A stretch of 64,000 bases of DNA from Escherichia coli. Its GTDB lineage: Bacteria; Pseudomonadota; Gammaproteobacteria; Enterobacterales; Enterobacteriaceae. The stretch lies in NCBI RefSeq assembly GCF_003334255.1, contig NZ_QOWU01000010.1, one strand, 5' to 3'. Both the position numbers and the translations under genes were made by a program. The notes below the pieces were generated by a model. That model ran no database searches and was not told the origin of the DNA. It was given only the letters and a program-made list of their open reading frames with translations. This document shows, in pieces, positions 18,241 to 34,586 of this stretch; positions within the stretch are counted from its first letter, which is position 1; the number at the start of each line of letters is the position of its first letter.

Positions 18241-19008
18241 GTGTTTAATTCTGACAACCTGAGACTCGACGGAAAATGCGCCATCATCACAGGTGCGGGT
18301 GCAGGTATTGGTAAAGAAATCGCCATTACATTCGCGACAGCTGGCGCATCTGTGGTGGTCAGTGATATTAACGCCGACGCAGCTAACCATGTTGTAGACG
18401 AAATTCAACAACTGGGTGGTCAGGCATTTGCCTGCCGTTGTGATATTACTTCCGAACAGGAACTCTCTGCACTGGCAGACTTTGCTATCAGTAAGCTGGG
18501 TAAAGTTGATATTCTGGTTAACAACGCCGGTGGCGGTGGACCTAAACCGTTTGATATGCCAATGGCGGATTTTCGCCGTGCTTATGAACTGAATGTGTTT
18601 TCTTTTTTCCATCTGTCACAACTTGTTGCGCCAGAAATGGAAAAAAATGGCGGTGGCGTTATTCTGACCATCACTTCTATGGCGGCAGAAAATAAAAATA
18701 TAAACATGACTTCCTATGCATCATCTAAAGCTGCGGCCAGTCATCTGGTCAGAAATATGGCGTTTGACCTGGGTGAAAAAAATATTCGGGTAAATGGCAT
18801 TGCGCCGGGGGCAATATTAACCGATGCCCTGAAATCCGTTATTACACCAGAAATTGAACAAAAAATGTTACAGCACACGCCGATCAGACGTCTGGGCCAA
18901 CCGCAAGATATTGCTAACGCAGCGCTGTTCCTTTGCTCGCCTGCTGCGAGCTGGGTAAGCGGACAAATTCTCACCGTCTCCGGTGGTGGGGTACAGGAGC
19001 TCAATTAA
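18241..19008 (+). CDS. hdhA: 7-alpha-hydroxysteroid dehydrogenase (SDR family)
   Basis: 255-aa ORF, GTG start, TGAGAGIGKE Rossmann motif and SDR catalytic YxxxK. Confidence 0.9.
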   Translation: MFNSDNLRLDGKCAIITGAGAGIGKEIAITFATAGASVVVSDINADAANHVVDEIQQLGGQAFACRCDITSEQELSALADFAISKLGKVDILVNNAGGGGPKPFDMPMADFRRAYELNVFSFFHLSQLVAPEMEKNGGGVILTITSMAAENKNINMTSYASSKAAASHLVRNMAFDLGEKNIRVNGIAPGAILTDALKSVITPEIEQKMLQHTPIRRLGQPQDIANAALFLCSPAASWVSGQILTVSGGGVQELN

Positions 19009-19228
19009 TACACTAACGGACCGGTAAACAACCGTGCGTGTTGTTTACCGGGATAAACTCATCAACGTCTCTGCTAAATAACTGGCAGCCAAATCACGGC
19101 TATTGGTTAACCAATTTCAGAGTGAAAAGTATACGAATAGAGTGTGCCTTCGCACTATTCAACAGCAATGATAGGCGCTCACCTGACAACGCGGTAAACT
19201 AGTTATTCACGCTAACTATAATGGTTTA

Positions 19229-19819
19229 ATGATGGATAACATGCAGACTGAAGCACAACCGACACGGACCCGGATCCTCAATGCTGCCAGAGAGATTTTT
19301 TCAGAAAATGGATTTCACAGTGCCTCGATGAAAGCCATCTGTAAATCTTGCGCCATTAGTCCCGGGACGCTCTATCACCATTTCATCTCCAAAGAAGCCT
19401 TGATTCAGGCGATTATCTTACAGGACCAGGAGAGGGCGCTGGCCCGTTTCCGGGAACCGATTGAAGGGATTCATTTCGTTGACTATATGGTCGAGTCCAT
19501 TGTCTCTCTCACCCATGAAGCCTTTGGACAACGGGCGCTGGTGGTTGAAATTATGGCGGAAGGGATGCGTAACCCACAGGTCGCCGCCATGCTTAAAAAT
19601 AAGCATATGACGATCACGGAATTTGTTGCCCAGCGGATGCGTGATGCCCAGCAAAAAGGCGAGATAAGCCCAGACATCAACACGGCAATGACTTCACGTT
19701 TACTGCTGGATCTGACCTACGGTGTACTGGCCGATATCGAAGCGGAAGACCTGGCGCGTGAAGCGTCGTTTGCTCAGGGATTACGCGCGATGATTGGCGG
19801 TATCTTAACCGCATCCTGA
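19229..19819 (+). CDS. uidR: TetR-family repressor of the uid operon
   Basis: 196-aa ORF with TetR N-terminal HTH; immediately upstream of uidA. Confidence 0.9.
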   Translation: MMDNMQTEAQPTRTRILNAAREIFSENGFHSASMKAICKSCAISPGTLYHHFISKEALIQAIILQDQERALARFREPIEGIHFVDYMVESIVSLTHEAFGQRALVVEIMAEGMRNPQVAAMLKNKHMTITEFVAQRMRDAQQKGEISPDINTAMTSRLLLDLTYGVLADIEAEDLAREASFAQGLRAMIGGILTAS

Positions 19820-20158
19820 TTCTCTCTCTTTTTCGGCGGGCTGGTGATAACTGTGCCCGCGTTTCATATCGTAATTTCTCTGTGCAAAAATTATCCTTCC
19901 CGGCTTCGGAGAATTCCCCCCAAAATATTCACTGTAGCCATATGTCATGAGAGTTTATCGTTCCCAATACGCTCGAACGAACGTTCGGTTGCTTATTTTA
20001 TGGCTTCTGTCAACGCTGTTTTAAAGATTAATGCGATCTATATCACGCTGTGGGTATTGCAGTTTTTGGTTTTTTGATCGCGGTGTCAGTTCTTTTTATT
20101 TCCATTTCTCTTCCATGGGTTTCTCACAGATAACTGTGTGCAACACAGAATTGGTTAA

Positions 20159-23391
<3,233 letters not shown>

Positions 23392-23429
23392 TATTCAATA
23401 AAAATAATCAGAACATCAAAGGTGCAACT

Positions 23430-24695
23430 ATGAGAAAAATAGTGGCCATGGCCGTTATTTGCCTGACGGCTGCCTCTGGCCTTACCTCTGCTTATGCGGC
23501 GCAACTGGCTGACGATGAAGCGGGACTACGCATCAGACTGAAAAACGAATTGCGCAGGGCGGATAAGCCCAGTGCTGGCGCGGGAAGAGATATTTACGCA
23601 TGGGTACAGGGAGGATTGCTCGATTTCAATAGTGGTTATTATTCCAATATTATTGGCGTTGAAGGCGGGGCGTATTATGTTTATAAATTAGGTGCTCGTG
23701 CTGATATGAGTACCCGGTGGTATCTTGATGGTGATAAAAGTTTTGGCTTTGCCCTGGGGGCAGTAAAAATAAAACCCAGTGAAAATAGCCTGCTTAAATT
23801 AGGTCGCTTCGGGACGGATTATAGTTATGGTAGCTTACCTTATCGTATTCCGTTAATGGCTGGCAGTTCGCAACGTACATTACCGACAGTTTCTGAAGGA
23901 GCATTAGGTTATTGGGCTTTAACACCAAATATTGATCTGTGGGGAATGTGGCGTTCACGAGTATTTTTATGGACTGATTCAACAACCGGTATTCGTGATG
24001 AAGGGGTGTATAACAGCCAGACGGGAAAATACGATAAACATCGCGCACGTTCTTTTTTAGCCGCCAGTTGGCATGATGATACCAGTCGCTATTCTCTGGG
24101 GGCATCGGTACAGAAAGATGTTTCCAATCAGATACAAAGTATTCTCGAGAAAAGCATACCGCTCGACCCGAATTATACGTTGAAAGGGGAGTTGCTCGGC
24201 TTTTACGCGCAGCTCGAAGGTTTAAGTCGTAATACCAGCCAGCCCAATGAAACGGCGTTGGTTAGTGGACAATTGACCTGGAATGCGCCGTGGGGAAGTG
24301 TATTTGGCAGTGGTGGTTATTTGCGCCATGCAATGAATGGTGCCGTGGTGGATACCGACATTGGCTATCCCTTTTCATTAAGTCTTGATCGTAACCGTGA
24401 AGGAATGCAGTCCTGGCAATTGGGCGTCAACTATCGTTTAACGCCGCAATTTACGCTGACATTTGCACCGATTGTGACTCGCGGCTATGAATCCAGTAAA
24501 CGAGATGTGCGGATTGAAGGCACGGGTATCTTAGGTGGTATGAACTATCGGGTCAGCGAAGGGCCGTTACAAGGGATGAATTTCTTTCTTGCTGCCGATA
24601 AAGGGCGGGAAAAGCGCGATGGCAGTACGCTGGGCGATCGCCTGAATTACTGGGATGTGAAAATGAGTATTCAGTATGACTTTATGCTGAAGTAA
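23430..24695 (+). CDS. uidC: outer membrane porin for glucuronides
   Basis: 421-aa ORF with signal peptide and C-terminal aromatic residue typical of beta-barrels; operon position. Confidence 0.88.
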   Translation: MRKIVAMAVICLTAASGLTSAYAAQLADDEAGLRIRLKNELRRADKPSAGAGRDIYAWVQGGLLDFNSGYYSNIIGVEGGAYYVYKLGARADMSTRWYLDGDKSFGFALGAVKIKPSENSLLKLGRFGTDYSYGSLPYRIPLMAGSSQRTLPTVSEGALGYWALTPNIDLWGMWRSRVFLWTDSTTGIRDEGVYNSQTGKYDKHRARSFLAASWHDDTSRYSLGASVQKDVSNQIQSILEKSIPLDPNYTLKGELLGFYAQLEGLSRNTSQPNETALVSGQLTWNAPWGSVFGSGGYLRHAMNGAVVDTDIGYPFSLSLDRNREGMQSWQLGVNYRLTPQFTLTFAPIVTRGYESSKRDVRIEGTGILGGMNYRVSEGPLQGMNFFLAADKGREKRDGSTLGDRLNYWDVKMSIQYDFMLK

Positions 24696-24702
24696 AAAAT
24701 AA

Positions 24703-24730
24703 CGCCGGAGAGAAAAATCTCCGGCGTTTC
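24703..24730 (+). terminator. rho-independent terminator of uid operon
   Basis: CGCCGGAG-agaaaaat-CTCCGGCG hairpin followed by TTTC, 8 bp after uidC stop. Confidence 0.6.
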
Positions 24731-24758
24731 AGATTGTTGACAAAGTGCGCGTTTTTTA

Positions 24759-24857
24759 TGCCGGATGCGGCGTAAACGCCTTATCCAGCCTACAAAAACT
24801 CATAAATTCAAAGTGTTGCAGGAAAAGGTAGGCCTGATAAGCGTAGCGCATCAGGCA
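24759..24857. repeat. REP/BIME element (two inverted REP units)
   Basis: TGCCGGATGCGGCGTAAACGCCTTATCCAGCCTAC and inverted GTAGGCCTGATAAGCGTAGCGCATCAGGCA, canonical enterobacterial REP consensus. Confidence 0.85.
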
Positions 24858-24874
24858 ATCTCTGGTTTGTTTTC

Positions 24875-24907
24875 AGATGAAAACGCCGGAGTGAAAATTC
24901 TCCGGCG
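24875..24907 (-). terminator. terminator downstream of ydgA
   Basis: Hairpin CGCCGGAG-tgaaaatt-CTCCGGCG with U-rich tract on the minus strand. Confidence 0.5.
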
Positions 24908-24920
24908 TTTTGGCCGTGAA

Positions 24921-26429
24921 TTACTGCTGCGGAATTGCCGGTACAGCCGGAACGTTAAGAGCTGGCATCGCAAACATGCCAACAAAATCTTCTAACGACA
25001 TTTTCTGCCCATTTAACGTTATCTGACCGTTAGCATATTGCAGGCTGGTGGTGATGGTATTGTCCTGCAAGGTGGTCAGACGGAACATCTGCCCCATTGC
25101 TGATGCACCTTCAACTTGCTGTTTCGCCAGTTTTTTCGCTTGATCTTCCTGATAACCTTCCAGCTTCGCTACCTGAGTCATAAACTCAGTTGCCATATCC
25201 ACCGGAATGGTCAGTTTCGCATCCAGAGATTTAACCGAACGATCTACTTCCTGCGCCAGCGTTTGCGGCGCTTCTTTAGTCGTTGCCGGATCTTTCAGGA
25301 ACAGCGACAGATTCAGGGCACTTTCACCCTGACTGTTTTTCCAGCTTAGCGGCGCGATAGTAATCACCGGATCGCCTTTCAGCATCAGCGGCAGGGCGCT
25401 AAAGAAGGCTTCCGTCACTTTCTCCTGATAAAGTTCGGGGTTGTTGGCAATTTCTGGCTGTGCCAGCAGCGCCTGAGTTTGCGCGTTATATTGCTGGCTA
25501 AACTGATGCCAGGCTTCACCATCAATCTGGCCGACTTTTAAAGTCAGCTTGCCGCTGCCCAGATCCTGATTCTGTACCTTCAGGCTGTTTAGCGAGTAAT
25601 CCAGTTGGCTATTGATCGTTTTACCGTCATTGACCAGATCCGATTTACCGCTGATCTCCATGCCTTCCAGCAGTGCCAGTTCTTTGCCTTCCACTGAAAT
25701 GGTCATTTTTTCCAGTGACAGTTTTTGATTTCCTACACGCTCACCAAAACTTGCCAGCGTGCTGGAACCGTCGGTTTTCAGATTATTAAAGGTCAACTGC
25801 ACTTTCTGGTTGTATTCGTTAACTGCGTCTATCCGACCACTTTGCGCCTCCCCGGAAAGGGAGATGGCTTTGCCGTCTCTGTCAGCATTTAACTGGAACT
25901 CGCCGCCGCTAAAGGCGACTTTTTCATCCTTTTGCTCGTAATTCAGTGGCTTGAGCGAAATATCGGAACTGGAATCACCGCTGTAACCAATGCGCGAGTT
26001 AATCTCAAAAGGCGTTTCACCTTTTGCCATATCAAACAGTGGTTTGCTTACTTCGTTATTAACCAGCGTGGTTTGAATTGATGCCATCGACGGGATCAGG
26101 TTCAGTTTTTTAAGCTGGGCAAGCGGGAAGGGACCATGATCAACCGATTCGTTGAAGATGACGCTCTGACCGCTTTTAATCCACGGATTTTCTTTCCCGG
26201 CAATGGGTTTCACCAACAGTTGCAACTGGCTGCTGAATACGCCGCGATGATAGTTTTGATAACTCACTTCCAGGTTGGATTCAGGAGCTGTCAGTTTGAG
26301 TTGCGCGTTCGCCTGCGCGACCATGTCTTCGAGATGGGTTTCAATCTTCTTGCCTGTATACCATGCGCCGCCTGTCCAGACTACGCCTAGCGCAACAATG
26401 ACGCCTACCGCTACCAGCGATTTATTCAT
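24921..26429 (-). CDS. ydgA: DUF945-family periplasmic/membrane-anchored protein YdgA
   Basis: 502-aa ORF with N-terminal anchor (MNKSLVAVGVIVALGVVWTGGAWY); synteny between uidC and manA. Confidence 0.8.
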   Translation of the reverse strand: MNKSLVAVGVIVALGVVWTGGAWYTGKKIETHLEDMVAQANAQLKLTAPESNLEVSYQNYHRGVFSSQLQLLVKPIAGKENPWIKSGQSVIFNESVDHGPFPLAQLKKLNLIPSMASIQTTLVNNEVSKPLFDMAKGETPFEINSRIGYSGDSSSDISLKPLNYEQKDEKVAFSGGEFQLNADRDGKAISLSGEAQSGRIDAVNEYNQKVQLTFNNLKTDGSSTLASFGERVGNQKLSLEKMTISVEGKELALLEGMEISGKSDLVNDGKTINSQLDYSLNSLKVQNQDLGSGKLTLKVGQIDGEAWHQFSQQYNAQTQALLAQPEIANNPELYQEKVTEAFFSALPLMLKGDPVITIAPLSWKNSQGESALNLSLFLKDPATTKEAPQTLAQEVDRSVKSLDAKLTIPVDMATEFMTQVAKLEGYQEDQAKKLAKQQVEGASAMGQMFRLTTLQDNTITTSLQYANGQITLNGQKMSLEDFVGMFAMPALNVPAVPAIPQQ

Positions 26430-26529
26430 AATGATTATCCATAAAATGAAATCAGGCGGACTGGCCGCCTGAAGGTGTTATAAGCCTTTAATAAGCTTAG
26501 CAAGAGATGTTAATTTTTTCAGTAAGCTC

Positions 26530-27705
26530 TTACAGCTTGTTGTAAACACGCGCTAAACGGCCGTGGCCTTTGACAGTCACCGGTGATTCGTTGGCGGCAA
26601 TAAACGCTGATTCACCCGGTTTAAGCTGTAACTGCTGAGAACCTTTCCACAACGTTGCATCGCCTTCGACGCAGAACAAAATGGCGGCACTCTGCTGGCT
26701 AATGGTGGTTTCTTTATCACTAAGGTCATGCAGCGAGAAGGCAAAATCATCCACTGGAATCGGGAAGTCCAGTTCTGCACCTTGTTTCACCGGCTGGGTC
26801 AACAACTGGTTAGCCGGTTTGGCTTCGAATTTCACATTGGCAACCAGTTCCGGAATATCAATGTATTTAGGCGTCAGACCCGCACGCAGCACGTTATCGG
26901 AGTTTGCCATCACTTCCAGCGCCACGCCTTGCAGGTAAGCGTGCGGTGTTTCAGCGAACAGGAACATCGCTTCGCCAGGGTTCAATTTCACCACATTCAG
27001 CAATAGCGGGGAGAACAGACCGCTGTCTTCCGGGTAAAATTCAGAAATTAAACGAATCGTTTGCCACGGTTCACCCTGCTGGCTATCGAGGGCCGATTTT
27101 AAAATCGCCAGCGCGCGGGATTTTTCTTCACCCTGCATATTCAACAGGCTGGCGAACAGTTCGCTTAAACGTTCGGCATCAGGCTGTTGTAAAAAGTGAG
27201 CAATCGCCGGATGTGCACCTGCGACCGGCTGGAGTAGGGAGACAATCTCGGAAAATTCACGAAACGCGTTCATCGCAAGGAAAGGCGTCAGCGCAAAAAC
27301 CAGCTCCGGCTTGTGGTTAGGATCTTTATAGTTACGCTCGGCGGCATCCATCGGGATACCTGCGGCATTTTCTTTGGCAAAACCGATTTCAGAATTGTGT
27401 TTGTTTGGATGAACCTGAATGGAGAGTGGCTGTGCTGCGCATAATACTTTGAACAGGAAAGGCAGTTCGCCAAAGCGTTTGGCAACGGCCTCTCCGAGCA
27501 GAGTCGATTTATCACTCTCAATCACATCACGCAGTGAAACGATATCTCCGGCGGCATTCTGCACTCGTGAACTGCTTTTCGGATGTGCGCCCATCCACAG
27601 CTCGGCCATCGGCTGGCTGGACGGATTTTCCATACCATAAAGTTCAGTCAACGCCGTTTTGCTGCCCCAGGCATAGTTTTGCACTGAGTTAATGAGTTTT
27701 TGCAT
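26530..27705 (-). CDS. manA: mannose-6-phosphate isomerase
   Basis: Start at internal ATG 27705 (MQKLINSVQNYAWGSKTALTELYG...), 391 aa; the ORF-track 5' extension is unlikely. Confidence 0.92.
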   Translation of the reverse strand: MQKLINSVQNYAWGSKTALTELYGMENPSSQPMAELWMGAHPKSSSRVQNAAGDIVSLRDVIESDKSTLLGEAVAKRFGELPFLFKVLCAAQPLSIQVHPNKHNSEIGFAKENAAGIPMDAAERNYKDPNHKPELVFALTPFLAMNAFREFSEIVSLLQPVAGAHPAIAHFLQQPDAERLSELFASLLNMQGEEKSRALAILKSALDSQQGEPWQTIRLISEFYPEDSGLFSPLLLNVVKLNPGEAMFLFAETPHAYLQGVALEVMANSDNVLRAGLTPKYIDIPELVANVKFEAKPANQLLTQPVKQGAELDFPIPVDDFAFSLHDLSDKETTISQQSAAILFCVEGDATLWKGSQQLQLKPGESAFIAANESPVTVKGHGRLARVYNKL

Positions 27706-27903
27706 GATCAATCCCTGTTTTAATGTGGAAATTAATCCCACTATTAAAGCAAGAATCCTACGGGAAGTAACCTGGAGCCGCAAAAAGTCGTACTAGTCTC
27801 AGTTTTTGTTAAAAAAGTGTGTAGGATATTGTTACTCGCTTTTAACAGGGCAACGGAACACCCGCCCAGAGCATAACCAAACCAGGCAGTAAGTGAGAGA
27901 ACA

Positions 27904-29550
27904 ATGTCAAACAAACCCTTTCATTATCAGGCTCCTTTTCCACTCAAAAAAGATGATACTGAGTATTACCTGCTAACCAGCGAACACGTTAGCGTATCTG
28001 AATTTGAAGGGCAGGAGATTTTGAAAGTCGCACCCGAAGCGTTAACTCTGTTGGCGCGCCAGGCGTTTCATGATGCGTCGTTCATGCTGCGTCCGGCGCA
28101 CCAACAACAGGTGGCCGACATTCTGCGTGACCCGGAGGCCAGCGAAAATGATAAATATGTGGCGCTGCAATTCCTGCGTAACTCCGACATCGCGGCGAAA
28201 GGCGTTCTGCCAACCTGTCAGGATACCGGCACCGCGATTATTGTTGGTAAAAAAGGGCAGCGTGTATGGACCGGTGGTGGTGATGAAGCGGCGCTGGCGC
28301 GCGGTGTCTATAACACTTATATCGAAGATAATCTGCGCTACTCGCAAAACGCGCCGCTGGATATGTATAAAGAAGTGAATACCGGCACCAATCTGCCAGC
28401 GCAGATCGATCTTTATGCCGTTGATGGCGACGAATACAAATTCCTCTGTATCGCCAAAGGTGGTGGTTCGGCAAACAAGACGTATCTCTATCAGGAAACC
28501 AAAGCGTTACTGACGCCGGGGAAACTGAAAAATTACCTGGTTGAGAAGATGCGCACGCTGGGTACGGCGGCCTGTCCTCCGTATCATATTGCGTTCGTTA
28601 TTGGTGGAACTTCTGCAGAAACGAACCTTAAAACGGTGAAACTGGCTTCCGCGAAATACTATGATGAACTGCCAACGGAAGGGAATGAGCACGGTCAGGC
28701 GTTCCGCGATGTGGAACTGGAAAAAGAATTGCTGATCGAAGCGCAAAATCTTGGTCTGGGTGCGCAGTTTGGTGGTAAATACTTCGCTCACGACATCCGC
28801 GTGATTCGCCTGCCACGTCACGGCGCATCCTGCCCGGTCGGTATGGGCGTCTCCTGCTCTGCTGACCGTAATATCAAAGCGAAGATCAACCGTCAGGGGA
28901 TCTGGATCGAAAAACTGGAACATAATCCAGGCAAATATATCCCGGAAGAGCTGCGCAAAGCGGGAGAAGGCGAAGCGGTGCGCGTTGACCTTAACCGTCC
29001 GATGAAAGAGATCCTCGCACAGTTGTCGCAGTATCCCGTTTCTACACGCTTATCGCTTAACGGCACGATTATCGTCGGTCGTGATATTGCTCACGCCAAA
29101 CTGAAAGAGCGGATGGATAACGGTGAAGGGCTGCCGCAGTACATCAAAGATCATCCGATTTACTACGCGGGTCCGGCCAAAACGCCGGAAGGTTATGCCT
29201 CCGGTTCTCTTGGCCCAACGACCGCCGGACGGATGGATTCTTATGTCGATCAACTGCAAGCGCAGGGCGGAAGTATGATCATGCTGGCGAAAGGCAACCG
29301 CAGCCAGCAGGTGACGGATGCCTGTAAAAAACACGGCGGCTTCTACCTTGGCAGTATCGGTGGTCCGGCCGCTGTATTGGCGCAGGGAAGTATTAAGTGC
29401 CTGGAATGTGTTGAATATCCGGAACTGGGAATGGAAGCCATCTGGAAAATTGAAGTGGAAGATTTCCCGGCGTTTATCCTTGTGGATGATAAAGGAAATG
29501 ACTTCTTCCAGCAGATACAACTCACACAATGCACCCGCTGTGTGAAATAA
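27904..29550 (+). CDS. fumA: fumarate hydratase class I (aerobic)
   Basis: 548-aa ORF, class I Fe-S fumarase. Confidence 0.92.
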   Translation: MSNKPFHYQAPFPLKKDDTEYYLLTSEHVSVSEFEGQEILKVAPEALTLLARQAFHDASFMLRPAHQQQVADILRDPEASENDKYVALQFLRNSDIAAKGVLPTCQDTGTAIIVGKKGQRVWTGGGDEAALARGVYNTYIEDNLRYSQNAPLDMYKEVNTGTNLPAQIDLYAVDGDEYKFLCIAKGGGSANKTYLYQETKALLTPGKLKNYLVEKMRTLGTAACPPYHIAFVIGGTSAETNLKTVKLASAKYYDELPTEGNEHGQAFRDVELEKELLIEAQNLGLGAQFGGKYFAHDIRVIRLPRHGASCPVGMGVSCSADRNIKAKINRQGIWIEKLEHNPGKYIPEELRKAGEGEAVRVDLNRPMKEILAQLSQYPVSTRLSLNGTIIVGRDIAHAKLKERMDNGEGLPQYIKDHPIYYAGPAKTPEGYASGSLGPTTAGRMDSYVDQLQAQGGSMIMLAKGNRSQQVTDACKKHGGFYLGSIGGPAAVLAQGSIKCLECVEYPELGMEAIWKIEVEDFPAFILVDDKGNDFFQQIQLTQCTRCVK

Positions 29551-29554
29551 ACAG

Positions 29555-29580
29555 AGCCGCCCTTCGGGGCGGTTTTTTTA
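29555..29580 (+). terminator. rho-independent terminator after fumA
   Basis: GCCGCCC-ttcg-GGGCGGT hairpin followed by T7. Confidence 0.65.
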
Positions 29581-29692
29581 CATGGCACGAAAGACCAAAC
29601 ATTTGTTATCAAATGGTAAATAATAAGTGAGCTAAAAGTTGCTTAACGAAAGCAAAACAGAAAGAAAAAATTAATCAGGTGAGGAGCAGGTC

Positions 29693-32055
<2,363 letters not shown>

Positions 32056-32097
32056 TTATAGCACAGTCGTGGTGACTTGACCATCGTGCGCGTAGTG

Positions 32098-33399
32098 TCA
32101 GGCAGAGGTAAATTGCGGGATGTTATGCCATAACGGCCAGCTAAACGAGAAGCGGGCACCACCCAGTTCGCTGGTGTCACAATTAACCGTACCGCCCATT
32201 GCCAGTGCTATAGAGTGGACAATTGCCAGCCCCAGCCCGCAGCCGCCGGTTGAGCGATCCCGGCTGGGATCGAGGCGAACAAAAGGTTCAAAGATATGTT
32301 CGCGGTTTTCTGGGGCAATCCCTGGGCCATCATCCTCAACAATTAATGTCGCTCTATTCCCCGACAGTAGCAGGCTGGTTTCAACCGTTGAATGGCAGTA
32401 CCGCAGGGCGTTATTGAGCAAATTATCCAGCACGCGCTCCATTAAGCGCATATCCAACGCCGCATAATGGCCTTGCACGAGCGTTTTTATCCGTACCGTT
32501 TTATCGGGCGTTACTGCCTGAATATCTGCCAGATGCGTTGACAGCCACAACGGCAGGTCTGGTTCGCTAAGATGAAGCTCGTTTTGTGGGCGATCGAGTC
32601 GGGCATAAGTCAGCAGCTCTTCAATTAAAGCTTCAAGTTGACTGATATCACGATTCAACGCCTGGGATTCGGCGGCGCTCAGGTTATCGCTCATCTCCAG
32701 TCGATAACGCAGGCGCACTAACGGTGTTCGCAGTTCGTGAGCGATACCGTCAATAAGCTGTTTTTTGCTGGCAATTAAGGCGTTGATATTGTCCGCCATC
32801 TGGTTAAATGCGACGCCAAGTCGTTCAAAGCTCGAACCCTCATCAAAGTGGATACGTTCATTGAGATGCCCATCGCCAAATCGTTGCGCCGCTGCTTCCA
32901 GTTTTAACATATCCTGCCAGTGCGGACGCATCCAGATAAACACCGGAAAGGCGAGGGAAATAGCAATAAAAGCGATCAGGGCGATATCCAGCAATCGCAT
33001 CTGATGGAGATAATAAAGATAAGGAACAGGACCAACTGCCAGCACGTAGTGGCTGCGCGGGATACGCTGCAAAAACGTGTACTGATCGTCCAGGGCGACA
33101 ATTTCGCCGCCACGCAGTCGGTGCATGGAAATATCATCAAGATGGTATTTACTCAGTGGCTCGACACGCAGATCGAAAGAGAGATTTAAATCCATCTCTT
33201 TCAGAGTTTTACCCCAGTCGTGTGGGGGGATCTCACGCAATTCGCTGCGCATCAGATACAGCGAACTGTTCATCAAATCATCCAGCGACTGTTTGCCCGC
33301 GCGTTCGGCGGTAAATTTGTACACCAGCCCAACCAGCAGAGACATCACAAGGAAGCAGACAAACAATAACAGGTAAAACTGGATAAACAGTTTTTTCAT
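32098..33399 (-). CDS. rstB: two-component sensor histidine kinase
   Basis: 433-aa ORF with 2 TM segments, HAMP and H-box (HELRTPL) plus ATPase domain. Confidence 0.92.
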   Translation of the reverse strand: MKKLFIQFYLLLFVCFLVMSLLVGLVYKFTAERAGKQSLDDLMNSSLYLMRSELREIPPHDWGKTLKEMDLNLSFDLRVEPLSKYHLDDISMHRLRGGEIVALDDQYTFLQRIPRSHYVLAVGPVPYLYYLHQMRLLDIALIAFIAISLAFPVFIWMRPHWQDMLKLEAAAQRFGDGHLNERIHFDEGSSFERLGVAFNQMADNINALIASKKQLIDGIAHELRTPLVRLRYRLEMSDNLSAAESQALNRDISQLEALIEELLTYARLDRPQNELHLSEPDLPLWLSTHLADIQAVTPDKTVRIKTLVQGHYAALDMRLMERVLDNLLNNALRYCHSTVETSLLLSGNRATLIVEDDGPGIAPENREHIFEPFVRLDPSRDRSTGGCGLGLAIVHSIALAMGGTVNCDTSELGGARFSFSWPLWHNIPQFTSA

Positions 33400-33402
33400 C
33401 GC

Positions 33403-34122
33403 TTATTCCCATGCATGAGGCGCAAAAAGATAGCCTTTGTTACGCACAGTTTTAATGCGATAAGGTTCTGCGGCGTTATCGAGCAGTTTTTTTCTTAACC
33501 GCGAAATAGCCACGTCCACGCTACGATCCAGTCCGTCATAACTGACGCCGCGTAAATTTTTCAGCAATGCATCGCGGTCCATGATTTGCCCGGCATGGGT
33601 AGCTAATTCCCACAATAATTCGAAATCAGCTGTCGAGAGCGAGATTTCAGTGTTAGCCAGGGTGACTACGCGGTTGATGGGATCGATGGTCAACGTGCCG
33701 AAATGCAGGGCTTTGTAGGGAGTCAGAGACGTTTCCTGAAGACCTTTGGTCAGTGTGGCTTGCTCATTCTGACGCAAATGCAAACGTAAACGCGCTAGCA
33801 AAACAGCAGGGGGCGTCGTTTTGAGAATATAGTCGCAGGCACCCATTTCCAGTGCCAGGATGTGGTTCATATCGCTATCGAGAGAGGTTAGAAGAACAAT
33901 CGGTCCAGACCACTTTGCGCGTAAATCACGACAAATGGTCATGCCGTCCTTGCCTGGTAGCATGATGTCGAGTAACACCAAATCCGGATTTTCTCGCAAA
34001 ATGGTTTCTTCGGCCTGGTCGCCGCGCGGCTCTACGGTAACCTGCATATCATGTTTTGCCAGGTACGCGGCAATCAGTGAACCGACTTCCGCATCATCTT
34101 CCACAAATACGATAGTGTTCAT
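33403..34122 (-). CDS. rstA: OmpR-family response regulator
   Basis: Start at ATG 34122 (MNTIVFVEDDAEVG...), 239 aa; receiver plus winged-helix domain. Confidence 0.9.
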   Translation of the reverse strand: MNTIVFVEDDAEVGSLIAAYLAKHDMQVTVEPRGDQAEETILRENPDLVLLDIMLPGKDGMTICRDLRAKWSGPIVLLTSLDSDMNHILALEMGACDYILKTTPPAVLLARLRLHLRQNEQATLTKGLQETSLTPYKALHFGTLTIDPINRVVTLANTEISLSTADFELLWELATHAGQIMDRDALLKNLRGVSYDGLDRSVDVAISRLRKKLLDNAAEPYRIKTVRNKGYLFAPHAWE

Positions 34123-34250
34123 AACATTCACGGTAGATATAAAAACGTCACAATACACCGCGCTGTTTTTACTTACTATCAATCGTTTCTAAACAAGTTT
34201 TCATCAGGTATTCTACTGATGACTTGTTATGGAAGTGTTAAGGTAAAAAG

Positions 34251-34586
34251 ATGGGGCTGGTAATCAAAGCCGCGCTCGGTGCGCTGGTAGTGCTGTTGAT
34301 TGGTGTTTTAGCAAAAACGAAAAATTATTATATCGCCGGGCTGATTCCACTTTTCCCGACCTTTGCGCTTATCGCGCATTATATTGTTGCCAGCGAACGC
34401 GGCATTGAAGCCTTACGCGCAACCATCATTTTTAGTATGTGGTCGATTATTCCCTATTTTGTTTACCTGGTGTCGCTGTGGTATTTCACCGGAATGATGC
34501 GCTTGCCCGCCGCTTTTGTTGGTTCTGTTGCGTGTTGGGGGATAAGCGCATGGGTGTTGATTATATGCTGGATAAAGCTGCATTAA
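34251..34586 (+). CDS. ydgC: GlpM-family inner membrane protein
   Basis: 111-aa ORF with 4 predicted TM helices; synteny. Confidence 0.8.
   Translation: MGLVIKAALGALVVLLIGVLAKTKNYYIAGLIPLFPTFALIAHYIVASERGIEALRATIIFSMWSIIPYFVYLVSLWYFTGMMRLPAAFVGSVACWGISAWVLIICWIKLH

Noticed and set aside
26530-27783. 417-aa extended manA and other ORF-track 5' extensions (rstA 259 aa, tus 313 aa, pntA 528 aa, ydgJ 359 aa, asr 111 aa)
   Set aside because: In each case an internal start codon matches the canonical N-terminus and the upstream extension has no RBS.
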